Origin: Mobula hypostoma
Taxonomy: Eukaryota
Assembly: GCF_963921235.1 (NCBI RefSeq)
Contig: NC_086097.1
Location: 40,922,001-40,986,000, forward strand
Direction of reading: 5' to 3'
Length of the DNA: 64,000 nt
The position numbers were made by a program, and so were the translations under genes. Of this stretch, positions 61,348 through 64,000 are shown piece by piece. Each line of letters starts with the position of its first letter. Position 1 is the stretch's first letter. The notes under the pieces were generated by a model, which was not told where the DNA came from, ran no database searches, and was given only the letters and a program-made list of their open reading frames with translations.

Positions 61348-62181
61348 CTCTAGACAATTGTCTGTTATTAGCTGTCCCACAGTAACTTCTTAACAGTTTA
61401 ATCATATGAAACAATTGTAAAATATAGTGTCATGGTGCAAAGCAACAGCAAATTACGTTTCTACAGACTAGAGCAGCATTGCACAGTTTCTGCACACTTT
61501 TCTATCAGTCAGAAAGCTGTGAGTTTGAACGGCATTTCATTTACCTGGGTGCAAAATTCTCAGCAGACAGTCCAGTGCGGTGCTGAATGGGTGAGAAAGA
61601 TGAGACATGTAACTAAATCTCTATTTGTGCTTAAATGTAGATGATACATAAAGAATTTTGATAGACAAGGAGTCCGTTCAGACCATTGTGCATGTTCTGG
61701 ATGGAAAGAGATGTTTCCTAACCTGTTCCTACCTTCCAGCACTAGGGCCAAGGACCTACGGGTCACAGTTTTCAAGTACACATCTATATCCTGTTTAAGT
61801 ATGATGGAGGTTTCTCTTTCTATTTTGCTTTTAGACAATGAGTACGAATTCCTTACCATCCTTTGGATGGAAGATGTTTTTCCTCATCTGCCTTTTAATC
61901 CTTGCAATAAATTCAAGCTATACTCTTGATTTTGTCCATTCTGATAAAACTCTTCTTACTTACTCCTTCCAAACTCCTTCCTGGCATTATTTTAAAGATG
62001 AAAATATATCCAGGGCAGTGTTTCGCCATCAGACAGCAATGCGTAAAAAATAAATGTTCTTCTACCTACTGAACAGAGCTTACTCCCATTTGGATAAGCA
62101 GGGCAGCGCTGTGAAGATCCGTGTTTTTTTGATTTCTCAAGTGCCATCATTACTGTACAGCCCTCACTGCAGGGGGAAAAG

Positions 62182-63211
62182 TCCCATTCAATGCAGATTG
62201 GTTTTTCCATTGTATCCTGGATAATGGACAACCTGACTGGCACCACAGTCTGTGCAGCTTCAGAGCTGTGTGTCAGACATGGCTATAAGCAGCACTGTTG
62301 CCCCATAGGGAACTGTATTGGCTCCTTTCCTGTTTATCCTGTACACCTTGGACTTCAGATACAACGCAGAATCATGTCATCTGCAGAAAGTCTCTGATGA
62401 CTCAGCAATAGCTGTGTGTTTAAAGGGAGGACGGGAGGATGAATACAGGGCCCTGGTGGAGGACTTTCTCAAATAGTGAAAGCTAAATCATCTGCAGCTC
62501 AACATTAGTGAGACAAAGGATATGAAGATGGACCTTAGGAAAACTAAGTTTGCACTGCTCCCTGTTACTATTGATGGTGAATACCTACAAGTACATGGAG
62601 TGCACCTGGATGACAGACATGAGTGGAGCACCAACACAGAGGCTGTGTACAAGAAGGGCCAGAGTTGCCTCTACTTCATAAGAAGACCGAGGTCCTTTGG
62701 AGTATACAGGCCTCTCCTTCACATGTTCTACCAGTCTGTTGTCACCCGTACAGTCTTCTGTGTGGTGGTGTGCTGGGGCAATGGCATCAACATGGGTGAT
62801 GCCAACAGATTCAATAAACTGATTAGAAAGATGGGTTCTGTTATAAGAGTCAAACTGGACACACTGGAGGATGTGGTAGAACAAAGGACCCTACAGAAAT
62901 TCCTGACAATTCTGGAGAATGCTTTTCACCCTCTGCATGCCAAATTGGCTGGACAGATTAGCATCTTTTAATAATGGACTAAGACAACTGCACTGTGCCA
63001 AAGAGCGCTATATAAGGTCATGCTTACCCTCGGCCATTAGGCTCTATAATACGTTAATCTATAGATGGGAAGTGATAACCCCTCCTGTTAGACTGTTTGT
63101 GGTAACTTATTTTTTATTCTTTCTACTTCTCTACTAATATTTATATCTGCGCACTTGTAATGCTACTGTGTCACTGTAATTTCCTTTGGGATCAATAAAG
63201 TATCTATCTAT
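62182..63211 (+). mobile_element. Rex1/Babar-like LINE 3' portion
   Basis: ORF 62522-62971 (GVHLDD...KKGQSCLYF...MFYQSVV...VVCWG); aataaag plus (TATC)n tail. Confidence 0.75.
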
Positions 63212-63344
63212 CTTTCATAATTCCTTTTGTTGGGGCTTCTTGTGCATAATTTAGCTGCCACATCTCCTACATGGCTGTAATGAGTACATTTCAAAACCTG
63301 TTCCATTGGCTGAACAGCATTCAGAGGTGGCTTAAGTAAATCTA

Positions 63345-63625
63345 TTTATTCATTTATTCAGATACAATGTGGAATATGCCCTTCCAGCCCTTCGAGCCAT
63401 GCCACCTGGCAAATCCCCCCGTTTAATCCATGGGACTATTTACAGTGACCAATTAACCTTTCAACCGGTACGTCTTTAGACTGTGGGAGGAAACCAGAGC
63501 AGCCTGAGGAAACCCATGTGGTCACGAGGAGAACATGCAAACTCCTTACAGGCAGTGGCGGGAATTGAACCTGGGTTGCTGGTACTGTAAAGTGTTGAGC
63601 TAGCCACTAGTCTACTGTGCCACCC
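63345..63625 (-). mobile_element. tRNA-derived V-SINE (HE1-like)
   Basis: Minus strand has A box TGGCACAGTAG, B box GGTTCAATTCC (63561-63571) and V-domain ggtttcctcccacagtctaaagac. Confidence 0.8.
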
Positions 63626-64000
63626 CACAATATGAAACAAAAGGCTCTACCAAATCTAAATCTTTCTATTTGTCCTGATAAAAAAAAGCACAATATAAAT
63701 ACTGCAATACTGCTTGTGCAATGAAAATTAAATATCTTAGTGTACTAATTTTGTTTCATTTGGCTTTAATTCTATAAAAGGCAAATATTGAAGATCTCAT
63801 TATTTTCTATTAAGAGTTAGCTTCCAGTTAAAAATGTCTAAGTACTGATTGAAGGGTTATTCTCCTCAAAGGTGGATTTCACTCATTTGCAGATTTCTCT
63901 CTTCCTTAAAAACACCGTGGCATCAACAACGCAGATTTATTTACCATCTGCAAAGTGACTCAGTGATCCACAAGTAAAGCATTCTTATTGACCTGTCATT

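Noticed and set aside
63540..63625. tRNA gene
   Set aside because: The A and B boxes belong to a SINE head continuing into a V-domain; no cloverleaf is evident.

Overview
Vertebrate genomic DNA, most likely a cartilaginous fish such as a ray (inferred from the abundant CR1/HER-type LINEs, an HE1/V-SINE and Penelope-derived repeats). The window lies inside the MDGA2 gene on the + strand. Two coding exons are present (10179-10353 and 60912-61108), joined by a 50.6-kb phase-1 intron. Much of the rest is transposon-derived: many CR1 and Rex1/Babar LINE fragments, two complete LTR retrotransposons with target-site duplications (TSDs), solo LTRs, a tandem Penelope element carrying hammerhead ribozyme motifs, Penelope-derived foldback minielements and DNA-transposon MITEs. 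The most striking observation is in the 4.1-kb non-autonomous Gypsy element at 1416-5517. Its 359-codon ORF fuses a reverse-transcriptase remnant in frame to intronless, internally deleted pieces of a sarcomeric myosin heavy-chain rod (MYH16-like), which suggests host mRNA capture by an LTR retrotransposon. The second LTR element (42636-54859) has the Gmr1-type PR-INT-RT-RH domain order and hosts nested CR1 and Penelope insertions. All homology calls come from recalled sequences and by-eye alignment, not from database searches.
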